Of a DNA stretch of 64,000 bases, positions 25,631 to 38,614 are shown piece after piece (the first letter of the stretch is position 1; the number at the start of each line of letters is the position of its first letter). Origin of the DNA: Scyliorhinus canicula (Eukaryota); assembly GCF_902713615.1 (NCBI RefSeq), contig NW_024055751.1:62001-126000 (forward strand), read 5' to 3'. The notes beneath the pieces were generated by a model, which worked only from the letters and a program-made list of their open reading frames with translations, made no database searches and was not told the DNA's origin. A program made the position numbers and the translations under genes.

Positions 25631-26722
25631 AAGAATATTATGTTCTGAAGGTTAGTCTTTGGATTTCTCTTCCACAGGGAGCAGTGGAGTCAAGGGGGGG
25701 TGTCATTGAATATATTGAAGCACAAGTTGGACAGATATTTTATTGACGATGGGGTTAAGGGTTTTGGGGATTAGGTCGGAAAATAGAGAGAAAGCTGAGA
25801 TGAGGAGGGATTCCTTCACTCGAGGATGTGATGAAGCTTTGGAATTCTCTACCCCAGAGGAATGTGGAGTCTCAGTCATCAGGTATGTTCAAGACAAATA
25901 TTGACAGGCTTCTAGATATTGAAGATATCGAGGGATATGGGACCGTGTGGGAAAATGGTGCTGAGGTAGATCGGTCAAGGATCGCATTGAATGGTTGAGC
26001 AGACTCGGTGGGCCGAATGGCCTACTCTTACTCCTATTCTAATCTCTGTGTCCTGGTCAGGAAGCAGTGACCTGAGCTTGGATCTGTCAATCAACATGAA
26101 TCAGCCCTTCAGGAGAATTGGGAGGGTGAATATTAGACACAGCAGAGTGAGAATGGAGGGAGATTGTGTGGGATGGAAATTTACAGCTTTTGGAGAACGA
26201 AAGACTAAATAATGTTCCATAAGAACTAGAATTGTCTGTTCTGAATTTCTATCCTGAACTAACAATGAAGACTTTTGTAAATTGTTTTTAAAGGATATTG
26301 GAAGAGGAGGAATCATCGACAGAAATCTCAAACATCACGTCTTGATGTGACAAACTCACTCGATTCCTACTGATCTGAATATCATCGGCGAGAAGGAGAA
26401 ATGTTTGTCTGATCTGTCGGCTTCAAAAGATTTTAAATGTGAGCGTGACTGGAAAAGCACCGAGACCCACACAACACACACCCGAGTGAGAGTGTTCCAG
26501 TGAACTGACTGTGGAAACATCAGTGTGACTGGAAAAGCACCGAGACCTACACATCACACACCCGAGTGAGAGTGTTCCAGTGAACTGACGGTGGAAAGAG
26601 CTTTAACCAGTTACACAGCCTGAAAAACCATTCACAGTGAGGAGCGACAGTGCACATGTTCTGTGTGTAGACAAGGCTTCCACTGACTGTCCAATCTGGA
26701 GAGACACGAGGAGACCCAAAAC

Positions 26723-29700
26723 ATGGAGAAAACGTGGAAATGTGGGGACTGTGGGAAGGGATACAGATTCCCGTGTGAGCTGGAGACTCATCGACGCAGT
26801 CACACCGGGGAAAGGCCATTCACCTGCTCTCAGTGCGGGCAGAAATTCATTGATTCATCCAACCTGCAGAGACACGAGCGATTCCACACTGGGGAGAGGC
26901 CATTCACCTGCTCTCAGTGTGGGCAGCGATTCACTCAGTTATCCACCCTGCAGTCACACCAGCGAGTTCACACTGGGGAGAGGCCATTTAGCTGATCTCA
27001 GTGTGGGAAGGGATTCACTCGGTTATCCAGCCTGCAGACACACCAGCGCGTTCACACTGGGGAGAGGCCGTTCACCTGCTCTCAGTGTGGGAAGGGATTC
27101 ATTGAATCATCCAAACTGCAGAGACATCAGCGAGATCACACTGGGGAGAGGCCATTCACCTGCTCTCAGTGTGGGCAGCGATTCACTCAGTTATCCACCC
27201 TGCAGTCACACCAGCGAGTTCACACTGGGGAGAGGCCATTTAGCTGATCTCAGTGTGGGAAGGGATTCACTCGGTTATCCAGCCTGCAGACACACCAGCG
27301 GGTTCACACTGGGGAGAGGTCATTCACGTGCTCTCAGTGTGGGAAGGGATTCATTGATTCATCCACCCTGCTGAGACATCAGCAAGTTCACACTGGGGAG
27401 AGGCCATTCATCTGCTCTCAGTGTGGGAAGGGATTCATTGATTCATCCACCCTGCAGAAACATCAGCGAGTTCACACTGGGGAGAGGCCATTCACCTGCT
27501 CTCAGTGTGGGAAGGGATTCAGTCAGTTATCCAATCTGCACAGACACCAGCGAGTTCACACTGGGCAAAGGACATTCACCTGTCCTCAGTGTGGGAAGGG
27601 GTTCAGTCAGTTATCCAGCCTGCAGAGACATCAGCGAGTTCACACTGGGGAGAGGCCATTCACCTGCTCTTAGTGTGGGAGGGGATTACATAGAAAATAG
27701 GAGCAGGAAGAGGCCATTTGGCCCTTTGCACCTGCTCTGCCATTCTTTATGATCATGGCTTATCATCCAACTCCACAGCCTAATCCCGCTTTCCCCTCTA
27801 CATCCTTTGATCCCCTTTGCCCTCAGTGCGATATCTAACTGCTTCTTGAAAACATACAATGTATTGGCCTCAACTATTTCCTGTGGTAACAAATCCCACA
27901 AACTCACCATCTCTGCCCTAAATGGTCTACTCCATATCCTCAGACTGCGACCTCTGGTTCTGCACACTCCCACCACCGGGAAAGTCTTTCCTGCATCTAT
28001 CCTGTCAAGACCTGTCAGAATATTATAGGTTTCTATGAGATCCCCCATTCTTCTGAACTCCAGCGAATACAATCCTAACTGATTCAATCCTTCATACGTC
28101 AGTCCCACCATCCCAGGAATCAGTCTGGTAAACGCTCGCTGCACTCCCTCTAGAGCAAGAACATCCTTCCTTTGATAAAGAGATCAAAACGGCTCACAAT
28201 ATTTCTGTTATGGCCTCACCAAGGCCCTGTATAATGACAGCAAGATATCCCTGCTCCTGTACTCGAAGCCGCTCTCAATGAAGGCTAGCATACCATTTGC
28301 CTTCTTTACCGCCTGCTTTAGCTGCATGCTTACCTTCAGTGACTGGAGTATGAGGATGTACATTCTCTCCTAATTTATGGCCATTCTCCCCTTGTCTGCG
28401 TGTGTCTCACTCCCATAACCCAAAGATGTGCAGGGTAGGTGAATTTGCCGCGCTAATTTGCCCCTTAATTGGAAAACAAGAATTGGGTATTTTACATTGT
28501 TTTGTAAGTCATTAATCTATCTTCCGAATATCTTGGTCCGAGCACCGATCCCACCGAGCACCGATTCCCGTACCAGCCTCCCCGGACAGGTGCCGGAATG
28601 TGGCAACTAGGGGCTTTTCACAGTAACTTCATTGAAGCCTACTCGTGACAATAAGCGATTTTCATTTTTTTCATTGGTACCCCACTAGTCACTGCCTGCC
28701 AATTTGAATAAGAGCCATTAATTCCTACTCTCTGTTTCCTGTCTGCCAACCAATTTTCTGCCTACCTCAATACACTACCCCGAATCCCATGTGCTTTAAT
28801 TTTACAGGCTAATCTCTTCTGCGGGACTTTGTCAAAAGCCATCTGAAAGTCCAAATATACTACATCCACTGCCTTCCCCTCGTCAACTCTACCAGTTACA
28901 CCCTCGAAGAATTCCAGTTGATTTATCAAGCAAGGTTTCCCCTTCAGAAATCCATGCTGACTCTGTCCGATCCTGCCACTGATTTCTTAGTGCTTTGCTA
29001 TAAAGTCTTTGATAATTGATTCTAGAATTTTGCCGATGTTAGGCTTGCTGATCGATAATTCAGTTTTCTCTCTATCTCGCTTTTTAAATAGTGGAGTTAC
29101 GTAAGCCACCCTCCAATCTGCAGGAACTGTTTCAGAGTCTATAGAATCCCGGAAGATGACCACCAATGCATCCACTATTTCTAGAACCACTTCCTTAATT
29201 ACTTTGGGATGCAGATTATCAGGCCCTGGGGATTTATCAGCCTTCAATCCCATCAGTTTCCCCAACACCATTTCTCTCCTAATATTGATCTCCTTCAGTT
29301 CCTCCCTCTCACTAAATCCTGCGTTCCCCAAAATTTCTGGTGTCCGATTTGTGCCCTCATTTCTGAAGACAGAACTAAATTATGTATTTATTTGCTCAGC
29401 CATTTCTTTGTCTCCTATTATACATTCCCCTGTTTCTGACTGTAAGGAACCTACATTTGTCTTCACTCTTTTTCTCTTCACACACCGATAGAAACTTTTA
29501 CAATCAGCCTAATTTCCTGTATTATTCCCAACATCACCACTGCAATTTGGGGGTATATATATACGATGCCCATTAATTTCCGTGCCCCTTTGGTGTTTCT
29601 CAGCTCTACCCACGCAGATATCCTTCCCCACAATTGCATTCATTTCCTCTTTAACCAGCACTGCCACTCCACTGCCTTTTCCTTTTTGTTAATCCTTCCT

Positions 29701-30190
29701 AAATACTGAATATATTCAGTTCCCATCCCTGGTCATCGTGCAGCCATGTCTCCATAATCCTGATTATCGCACACCTGTTTACATCTATTTGCGTGATTCA
29801 CTCGGTTATGCCGTCTGCAGTCACACCAGGGAGTTCATACTGGAGAGAGGCTGTTCGCCTCCTCTCAATGTGTGAAGGGATTTTGTAATTCATCGCACTT
29901 TTTTAAAATATCAATTTAGTGAACCCAATTCTTTTTTTCCAATGAAGGGGCAATTTAGCGTGGCCAGTCTACCTACCCTGCACATCTTTAGGTTGTAGGG
30001 GCGAAACCCACGCAAACACAGGGAGAAGTTGTCTCCACACGGAGACAACGTGCAAACGACACACGGACAGTGACCCAGTGTCGCGATCGAACCTGAGACA
30101 TCGGTGCTGTGATGCAGCAATGCTAACAACTGCGCCACCGTGCTGCCCACTTCATCACACTTTCTGAGACACCAACAAGTTCACAACTGA
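26723..30190 (+). pseudogene. C2H2 zinc-finger pseudogene (ZNF-D), interrupted by nested CR1 copies (27690-29790) and a SINE (29905-30150)
   Basis: MEKTWKC start; in-frame TGA at 26993 and 27245 and TAG near 27670. Finger sequence resumes at 29790 and ends SHFLRHQQVHN* near 30190. Confidence 0.85.
27690..29790 (-). mobile_element. Nested CR1-type LINE fragments with SINE inserts (28385-28680)
   Basis: ORFs 27686-28144 and 28987-29331 (KSPGPDNLHPKVIKE..WRVAYVTPLFKK). Confidence 0.85.
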
Positions 30191-30650
30191 TTACAGTGAT
30201 TGGATTCTGCTGCTATTGTTTCTGTTGTCAATTACATCCAGGACTACATTTTGTTCATTCTGTTGGTCAATGGGGATGGTCAGAGGGTTTCTTTCTGCTG
30301 GACTGGCCAGTCTCATGGCTTCTCCCCCAGTGGTCTGATTCTCTCTGAGCCTTCTTGCAAATGTCTGGTTGCACATTTCACAAGGATCAAAGAGTGAAAG
30401 GGTGTTTGGAGGTTAGAAGATGTTTCTGTACCATTTCTGTTTGGAAACCCCCAAAACATGCCACATTGCCATGAAGATGGGCTACGGTGGTTACATGGTT
30501 CTTTTGTTTAATTTATCTTGGTGCTTCTCACAGAAGAAACTATCAGGGAATGAGGGGCAAGTTATCTGAGATGCACTGGGAAACTACATTCAATAATGTG
30601 GCGGGTGACAGGCAATCACTAATATTTAAGGAATTATTACAGATTTACAC

Positions 30651-30745
30651 TGGGATCGGTTAGCTCAGTTGGCTGGGTGGCTGGTTTGTGCTGAGTGACA
30701 CCAACAGCACAGGTTAAATTCCCATAGCGGCTGAGGTTAACCATG
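30651..30745 (+). mobile_element. Old tRNA-headed SINE relic (SacSINE1/DeuSINE-like); related relic at 56220-56330(-)
   Basis: GGGATCGGTTAGCTCAGTTGGCTGG...GGTTAAATTCCCATAGCGGCTGAGGTT. Confidence 0.45.
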
Positions 30746-32715
30746 GTCTGTCTCATTATATATGCTCGGCATGATCCTCCACCCACCCCTCTACATCTCC
30801 CCCCATCAGCATCGCCTTCTATTCCTTTCTCCCTCATGTCCGTATCTAGCTTTACGTTCAATGTATTCATGCTGTTCACCTCAACCACTTGCTGTGGGAG
30901 TGAGTTCCACATTCTTACCACTCGCTGAGTAGAGGTTTCTACTGAAATTCCTATTGGATTATTGAATCCCTTCATAATCTTAAAGATTTCCATCAGGTCA
31001 CCCATAAGTCTTCTCTTTTCCAGAAAAACGCAGCCCCAGTCTTTCCCGAGTGTTAAGTGCTCTCAGTTCTGTATATTATGAATCTTTGTTGCACCTTCTT
31101 CAGTGCCTCTATTTCCTTTTTCTAAATGGAGATCAATGTTGACGGTGCTCCCAGTGTAGTCTAACCATGGCTCTAAACAAGTTGAACATTTCCTCCGTGC
31201 TTTTCAATTCTATCCCTCTGGAATGAAACCCTATATATGGGCTCCACACTTTAGGAAAGATGTGACGTTCTTAGAGAGAGTTTCGAGGACATTAACAAGA
31301 ATGGCACCAGAGATGAGGGACTCCAGTTAGTTGGAGTGACTGAAGCAGCTGAATTTCTCTCCTGAGATCACAGCATCTGGAGGGTGGGGAATGGGGCCAT
31401 TCAGCCCTTTGGGACCGTGTCGGCTCCCTTTGGAGGAAGTCAGCCTGTCCATTGCCACGTTCTTTCCCCGAATCCCTGTGGGTTTATTTCTCTCAGTGCC
31501 CATCCAATTTCCTATTGAAATCCTTCCGTCATCTCTGCATCTCCTACCCTCATAGGTAGTAGGTTCCAGGTCGTTACCACCCCCTTTACATGTACACAAG
31601 GCTGCTAGAGCACAGAGTCTATTTGGCCCATTTTTCCCATGCCAGCTCTTTGTACAGCTACCCATTTAATCCCAGAGTTCGACTATTTTGTTTTCTTTTT
31701 CAGAATGTACCAAATTCCCTTTTGGAAGTTGCAGTCCAATGAGATTCCAGCACCATTTATAGCCAGTGCATTCCAAATCACAACAACTCGCTGTGTTTTA
31801 CAACAAATAATTGTGCATATGATGTGTCGGGAGTTTCACGGTAGTCAAAATGGTGCGAATGCTGTGGTTATTACACAAAATTAGGACTCAATCTTTAGCA
31901 ATGATTCTGGTGAGGACACCGAGTGTAATATATCCGAGTTTGTGGACCATTAGAACAAATGTACATTTCTATAAAACCTCTCACGACCACTGGACCACCT
32001 GAAGTGTTTTAAAGCCAATGGAGTACTTTTGAAATATATTCACTGTTGTAATGTAGGACGCTGTAAGTATGCATGTGTAATCACATTTAGTTTTCATAGT
32101 GTAATGAGTGTCATTGGTAACAAGGTCAAGGAAGCCCTTTTACATTTCTAACATGTGGCTTCCTGCAGCCATTTCACCGTTTCTATATTAACTATGTATT
32201 GATTTCATAGCAAAAAACAATAACTAAATTAATGATTATTCAGCATGAACATTGATTATCATTAGTGAATTGGTGTATCAGGTAATTATATTGCAAAGAT
32301 TAGATCTTTATTTTTTTAAATAACAATATCAACCAAAATGTTTCAAACTGCAGAGCGGTCAGAATTTGTTTGAAAAATAAATTACTTTATAATTTTGAGA
32401 AGCTACAAGACGCCATATTGTGCCATGAATATGTGGGCTAGGCAGTGTAGATATGGTATTGTTACTGGCCAATTAATCCAGAGACCCAGGTTAATGCTCT
32501 GGGGATCTGGGATCAAATCTGGCTTTGACAGATATTGAATTTGAATAAAATCTGAAATTAAAAGTCGAATTATGACATTGTTGATTGTTGTAAAAACCCA
32601 TCTGGTTCATTAATGTCCTTTTGGACACGTGATTCCAGATCCACAGCAATGTTGTGCTTGATTTGTAAGTGCTCTCTGAAATAGCCTCACAAGACACTCA
32701 GTTCAGGGGCAATTA

Positions 32716-32927
32716 GGGCAGCACGGTGGCCTAGTGGTTAGCATAACCGCCTCACGGCGCTGAGGTCCCAGGTTCGATCCCGGCTCTGGGTCACTGTCCG
32801 TGTGGAGTTTGCACATTCTCCCCGTGTCTGCGTGGGTTTCGCCCCCATAACCCAAAAATGTGCAGAGTAGGTGGATTGGCCACGCTAAATTGCCCCTTAA
32901 TAGAAAAAATAATTGGGTAATCTAAAT

Positions 32928-32961
<34 letters not shown>
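32716..32961 (+). mobile_element. Young A-tailed V-SINE with 15-bp TSD, nested in an older SINE relic (about 32455-33040)
   Basis: TSD AGTTCAGGGGCAATT at 32700-32714 and 32962-32976; about 30-nt poly(A). Confidence 0.9.
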
Positions 32962-32965
<4 letters not shown>

Positions 32966-34169
32966 CAGGGGCAATTGGAGTGAGCAGTAAATGCTGGTCC
33001 AGCCAGTGACCCCCACCTCCCATGAATGAATAATTTTTAAGAAGGCGCATTGTTCAATCTGAAGACGAGTAAGAAACTCTCTTTGATTGGATTTGATTTA
33101 TTGTCACATGTACCGAGGTAGTGAAAGGTTTTGTTCTGCGTACAGTCCAGAAAGATCATTCCATACTTGAAAAAACTTAGACATACGATAAATACACAAT
33201 GTAAATACATAGACACAGATCCCAGGTGAAGCGTAGAGAACTAGTGTATCTTGTATCAAATGTATCAATTAAAAATTACTGTATTAATTAGCTACCAGTC
33301 TGTAACAGATGATTAAATAAGCAGTGATCCTTAATTGATTTACAATAATAAATCAGTAGTTATAGTAAAGGTTTGAGTTTTATTTGTTGTAAAAATATAA
33401 AAGCTTAATCGCTGTGTATAAAAGAATGTGCGATGAGGATAAATGTACCGGCAAGGGAGCCCTTCCAACTCTGATTAACCTCAACATTTGAAACTGTTTG
33501 AATAAGGGGTTGTACAGAATCAGATAAAGGGATAGTATGACACTGTTCAATTGTATTCCTGTCAAAGGTAATGAGAGAAGGTGGTGTCAGTAATTAAAGA
33601 TCCAATTAAATTAAACTGGTACCCAATTAACCAATGGTCATGTTACCACAGGCCCAACTCTGACATGAGGTAATGGTCACTTTGGGGGTAAAATTCGAGG
33701 ATCTGAAGGTCTTCCTTGCTGGCCAAGTACTGAAGACACTCGAGGCTGGGTTCCAAGGAAATTAGTGTCAAAGGAAGAGCCAGGGAGGGTTACGCTTCCA
33801 CAGACTGATCACCTGCATGAAGTTGTAAACGTAAATGTCTTCAAGTCAGTCAGTAAAGCTTTTCTTTAAAAAACTCCTTTTTAAATTTACTGTCCAGAAT
33901 TCTGCCTTTGCTTTAATTGGTTAAAGTCTTGTCCGAACCAAAGCAAATTTATTAATTGGGGATGTCTGAAATCAATTAAGGATCAGAAAGCATCAATCTT
34001 CAATTTAAAACTTACATTTCTGCAGCGCCTTTCACAACCCCAGCATGTCCCAAAGTGCTTCTGAAGTGTCGTCACTGTTATAGGAAATGCAGCAGCCAAT
34101 TTCCACAAAGCAAGATGCCACAAACAGCAATGTGGCAATGTGCAGATGATCTGATTTTGGTGATGTTGC

Positions 34170-37100
34170 TTTTTTAAAAAATACATTTTGTTAAGGTTTT
34201 GTAATTTTATAATAATGTGACAACAGTAAACAATGCAAATCCACATAAAACATCGTGCATAAATCATCTCCATCCCTAACAAGTCCCTCCTACCCTCAAC
34301 AGAGAATAGCCTAACTATCCCCCTTTAAGTTTTTTGCCTCTGCTGACAGTTAATTTTCTCTAAAGAAGTCGACAAACGGCTGCCACCTCCGGACGAACCC
34401 TCGCGTTGACTCTCTGAGGGCAAACTTGATTTTTCAAGTCTGAAAAATCCGGCCACGTCGCTAACCCAGATCTCTGATTCCAGGGGCTTCGAGTCCCTCC
34501 ACGCTAGCAATATCCATCTCCGGGCTACCAGGGAGGCAAAGGCCAAGACATCAGCCTCTCTCGCCCCCTGGACTGCCGGCACTCCAAAATCCGCCACCTC
34601 TGGACTCGGCACCACCCATGTTTTTAGGGCCGTGGACATGACATCTGCAAAACCCTGCCAGAATCCCACAAGCTTCAGGCAGGCCCAGAACATATGGACA
34701 TGATTTGCTGTCCCCCCCCACCTCTCCTCTAACCCAAAAAACCTGCTCATCCAGGCCACCGGCATGTGTGCCCGGTGAACGGGGCAGCACGGTGGCACAG
34801 TGGTTAGAATCGCTGCCTCACGGCGCTGAGGTCCCAGGTTCGATCCCGGCTCTGGGTCACTGTCCATGTGGAGTTTGCACATTCTGCCTGTGTTTGCGTG
34901 GGTTTCGCCCCCACAACCCCATGATGTGTAGAATAGGTGGATTGGCCACGCTAAATTGCCCTTTAATTGGGAAAAATAAATTGGATACTCTAAATCTTTT
35001 TTAAAATGTCTGCCCTGTGAACGACCATAAATTGTATCAGGCTGAGCCTGGCACATGATGAGGACGTATTGACTCTGCTCAAGGCATCCGCCCACAGACC
35101 TGCCTCTCTCCCTCCCCATAGCTCCTCTTCCCATTTGCCCTCTAGCTCCTCTATCTGAGTTTCCCCCAACTCCATGAGTTCTTTGTAGATATCCGATACC
35201 TTTCCCTCTCCCACCTCTCATAATGTTTAAGAGCCTTCTGACATTGGCCGTAAGTTGCCTGCCCTTCACAAACCCCATCTGGTCTTCCCTTATCACCTCA
35301 GGGACACAACCCTCTAGCCTTGAGGCCAATATTCTGGCCAACAGTTTGGCATCCACGTTCAATAGGGAGATTGGCCTATATGACCCGCATAGCTCAGGGT
35401 CCTTCTCCCGCTTCAGGATCGAGGCCTGTGACATTGTTGGGGGAAGGAACCCCGCTCCTTTGCCTCATTAAATACCCTCACCAGAAGCGGGCTCAGCATC
35501 TCCGAGAACTTCTTATAAAATTCCACTGGTAGCTGTCCGATCCCGGGGCCTTACCCAATGCCTGGCCTCCAGCCCTTATACTATTTCTTCAATTCCAATC
35601 GGGGCTCCCGACCCCTCCACCAGTCCTTCCTTCGGACTTCAACTCACCCAGAAGCTGCCTCATCCCCTCTACCCCAGCTGGGGTTCTGACTCATATAACT
35701 TACTATAAAACTCCTTAAACACCCCGTTCACCCCTGCTGGGTCCAAGACCGGGTTCCCACCTCTGTCCTTCACTCTTCCAAGCTCCCTGGCCTCCTCTCT
35801 TTTCCTCAGCTCGTGTGCAAGCATCGTACTGGCCTTCTCACCATACTCGTATACCGCTCCCCCCTCGCCTTCCTCAGTTGCTCCTCCGCCTTCCCTCCAG
35901 ATAACAGCTCAAACTCCATTTGTAGCCCCTGTCACTCCTTCAATAACCCCGCCTCCGGGGCCTCCGAATATGTCCTGTCCACCTGGAGTATTTCCCCAAC
36001 TACCCTGTCCCTCTCTGCTTGCTCCACCTTTTCCCTATGGGTCTGTATCGACATTAACTTCCCCCTAACCACTGCCTTCAGCGCTTCCCAAACCGTTGCT
36101 GCCGAGACATCCCCCGTGTCATTTATTTCCAAATAGTTCTGGATAGATTCCCTCACCCACCCGCACACCCCCTCATCTGCTAACATTCCCACACCCAACC
36201 TCCATTGCGGGCGCTGCCCTCTCTCCTTACTCACCCGTAAATCCACCCAAATGTGGGGCATGGTCCGACACAGCAATTGCCGAATATTCGGTGTCAACCA
36301 CCCCCACCAGTAGAACCATGCTCAGAATAAAGAAGTCGATCCGGCAGTACGCTTTGTGCACATGGGAGAAAAAAAGAAAATTCCTTCACTCTTGGCCGTC
36401 CGAACCGCCACAGGTGAACCCCCCTCCCCCCCCCACAATTTACTCCATGAACCCCTTTAGTTTCTTTGCTATAGCAGGCACCCTCCCTGTCGTTGACCTC
36501 GAACCCCCCACCTCACCATGATGAACTTGCCCCCACGTCCACCACTATTCTCCCTGCCTCAAATGCCACCCGTTTGTTGATCAGGATAGCGACCCCCCTA
36601 GTCTTAAGATACCAGCACGGAATGAAATACTTGGCTGACCCATCCCTTCCTCAATCTGGTCTGATCTATTGCTCTCAGGTGTGTCTCCTGTAACATTGCC
36701 ACTTTCGCCTTCAATCCCTTCAAATGTGTGAACATGTGAGCCCTCTTAACCAGCCCATTCAGCCCTCTAATGTTCCAACTACTGATCACCCTTCTTAGGC
36801 CAGCCTCCAGCTCGCGTCCCTCACCTCCATTGGCCCGCCTTCGGGCATCCACTGTCCTCGACCTCCCCTTTTGTCTCTCAGCAACAGTTTCTCCTCTGTC
36901 AGCAGAGCAGCTCCCTCTTCCCCCTCCGCCCCACTATTAGCAGCACAAGAATCCCAACCCCCCCTTAACAAACTTACCACCTGCTCACCACCCCCTCCCC
37001 CACTGCACTTCCTTCTTCTTGGACGACCATTTCTGGTCCACGGCTCCACATACTGGTGGGGATTTCTCCTCACTGTCTCACTCTCCACCGATGTTTCTAA

Positions 37101-37200
37101 TAGAATTCCGAAACAAATCGGGAGAAAAGGTTCAAAATGTCCGTCACGAGCGAGAGCTCCCAAATGCCCGACCTCCTACTCCATGGCCGCCACCAGAAGT
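34170..37200 (-). mobile_element. Internally deleted L1-like LINE retaining both ends; V-SINE insert at 34782-35005
   Basis: RT region GSYRPISLLNVDAKLLARIL..GFVKGR; endonuclease start ISSWNIRGLNG..AMLQETHL; 5' motif ACTTCTGGTGGCGGCCATGG. Confidence 0.85.
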
Positions 37201-37550
37201 CAAAAGGATGAAATTTAGAGACAGTTTGGTCCGGTGGGCTCGTGGAAGGGAGGGAAGCAGCAGAGGCAGCTGATCGGATTGACTCAATCTCAGTCACAAT
37301 GAAGCTCCACAAGCTCCTCACACTTCTTGTTGGAAATGAGGGGAGAGCGAGAGTACTTCAAAAGGAACTAACTTGTGTCAGAGATATAAAACATTTCAAC
37401 ACTGAATTTAACATAATTCTAATTTATTTAACTTTCAGCCAGAATATTAGCCCCTGTAAATGGGCTGGAGTTTGTTATCAGCAGAAAGAGACCCACATGA
37501 ACATGGTTCAGTCCTGAATGTGAGTTCACAGCAAAATCCAATCACTGTGG

Positions 37551-38222
37551 TTACTTGTGGACTCGGTGATGTCTCAGCAGGTGGGATGACTGAGTGAATC
37601 CCTTCCCACACGTGGAGCAGGTGAACGGTCTCTCCCCTGTGTGAACACGCTGGTGACTCAGCAGGTTGGATGACTGAGTGAATCCCTTCCCACACGTGGA
37701 GCAGGTGAACGGTCTCTCCCCAGTGTGAACACGCTGGTGTTTCCGCAGTGTGGATGACTGAGTGAATCCCTTCCCACACGTGGAGCAGGTGAATGGTCTC
37801 TCCCCAGTGTGAACTCGCTGGTGACTCAGCAGGTTGGATGACTGAGTGAATCCCTTCCCACACGTGGAGCAGGTGAATGGTCTCTCCCCAGTGTCAACAC
37901 GCTGGTGTTTCCGCAGTGTGGATGACTCAGTGAATCCCTTCCCACACGTGGAGCAGGTGAACGGTCTCTCCCCAGTGTGAACTCGCTGGTGACTCAGCAG
38001 CTTGGATGACTGAGTGAATCCTTTCCCACACGTGGAGCAGGTGAATGGTCTCTCCCCAGTGTGACAGCGTCGATGAGTTTCAAGCTGGGATGGGTAAGTG
38101 AATCCTTTCCCACAGTCCGCACATTTCCACTGTTTCTCCTCAGTGCGGCTGCATTTCTGTCTCATGGGGCCTGATGACGTGTACGGTTTCTCCCCACTGT
38201 GAACGATGCTTTTTCCTTCCAT
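37551..38222 (-). CDS. C2H2 zinc-finger protein (ZNF-E), 223 aa from MEGKSIVH, 7 finger units (third has H-to-D change)
   Basis: Intact ORF. Acceptor TTTCACAG at 38331 with the frame open from the acceptor to the ATG. Confidence 0.85.
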   Translation of the reverse strand: MEGKSIVHSGEKPYTSSGPMRQKCSRTEEKQWKCADCGKGFTYPSQLETHRRCHTGERPFTCSTCGKGFTQSSKLLSHQRVHTGERPFTCSTCGKGFTESSTLRKHQRVDTGERPFTCSTCGKGFTQSSNLLSHQRVHTGERPFTCSTCGKGFTQSSTLRKHQRVHTGERPFTCSTCGKGFTQSSNLLSHQRVHTGERPFTCSTCGKGFTQSSHLLRHHRVHK

Positions 38223-38614
38223 GTTCAAAATCCGCTGATATTCAGGATATGATAAATTGAGGACTCTGTCAGATCCTGATGTGATGCTTGGTTTGAGTTT
38301 CTGGACTTTGAAGCCTCCCCTTCGAACACCCTGTGAAACTGATTTGAAAACAGAAAATAGGGAGTGAGAGAGAACCCACAAAAACACAAAGGCAGGTTGT
38401 GAAATTGAGCTGAATGAATCTGGTCATTTGTGGGTCCGGCTCTGGGAAAAAGTGACCATGAAAACTGCTGGATTGTCACAAAAACCCAACTGGCCTCTTT
38501 GGGAGGAGTGAGAAAGAGGTGAAGAGGGATTTTGTATATCTACAAGTCATATTAAAGAGAATAGATGGCAAAGCTAATTCGATCTTGAGCTTCATAAACA
38601 GTAACCGAAGAGAT

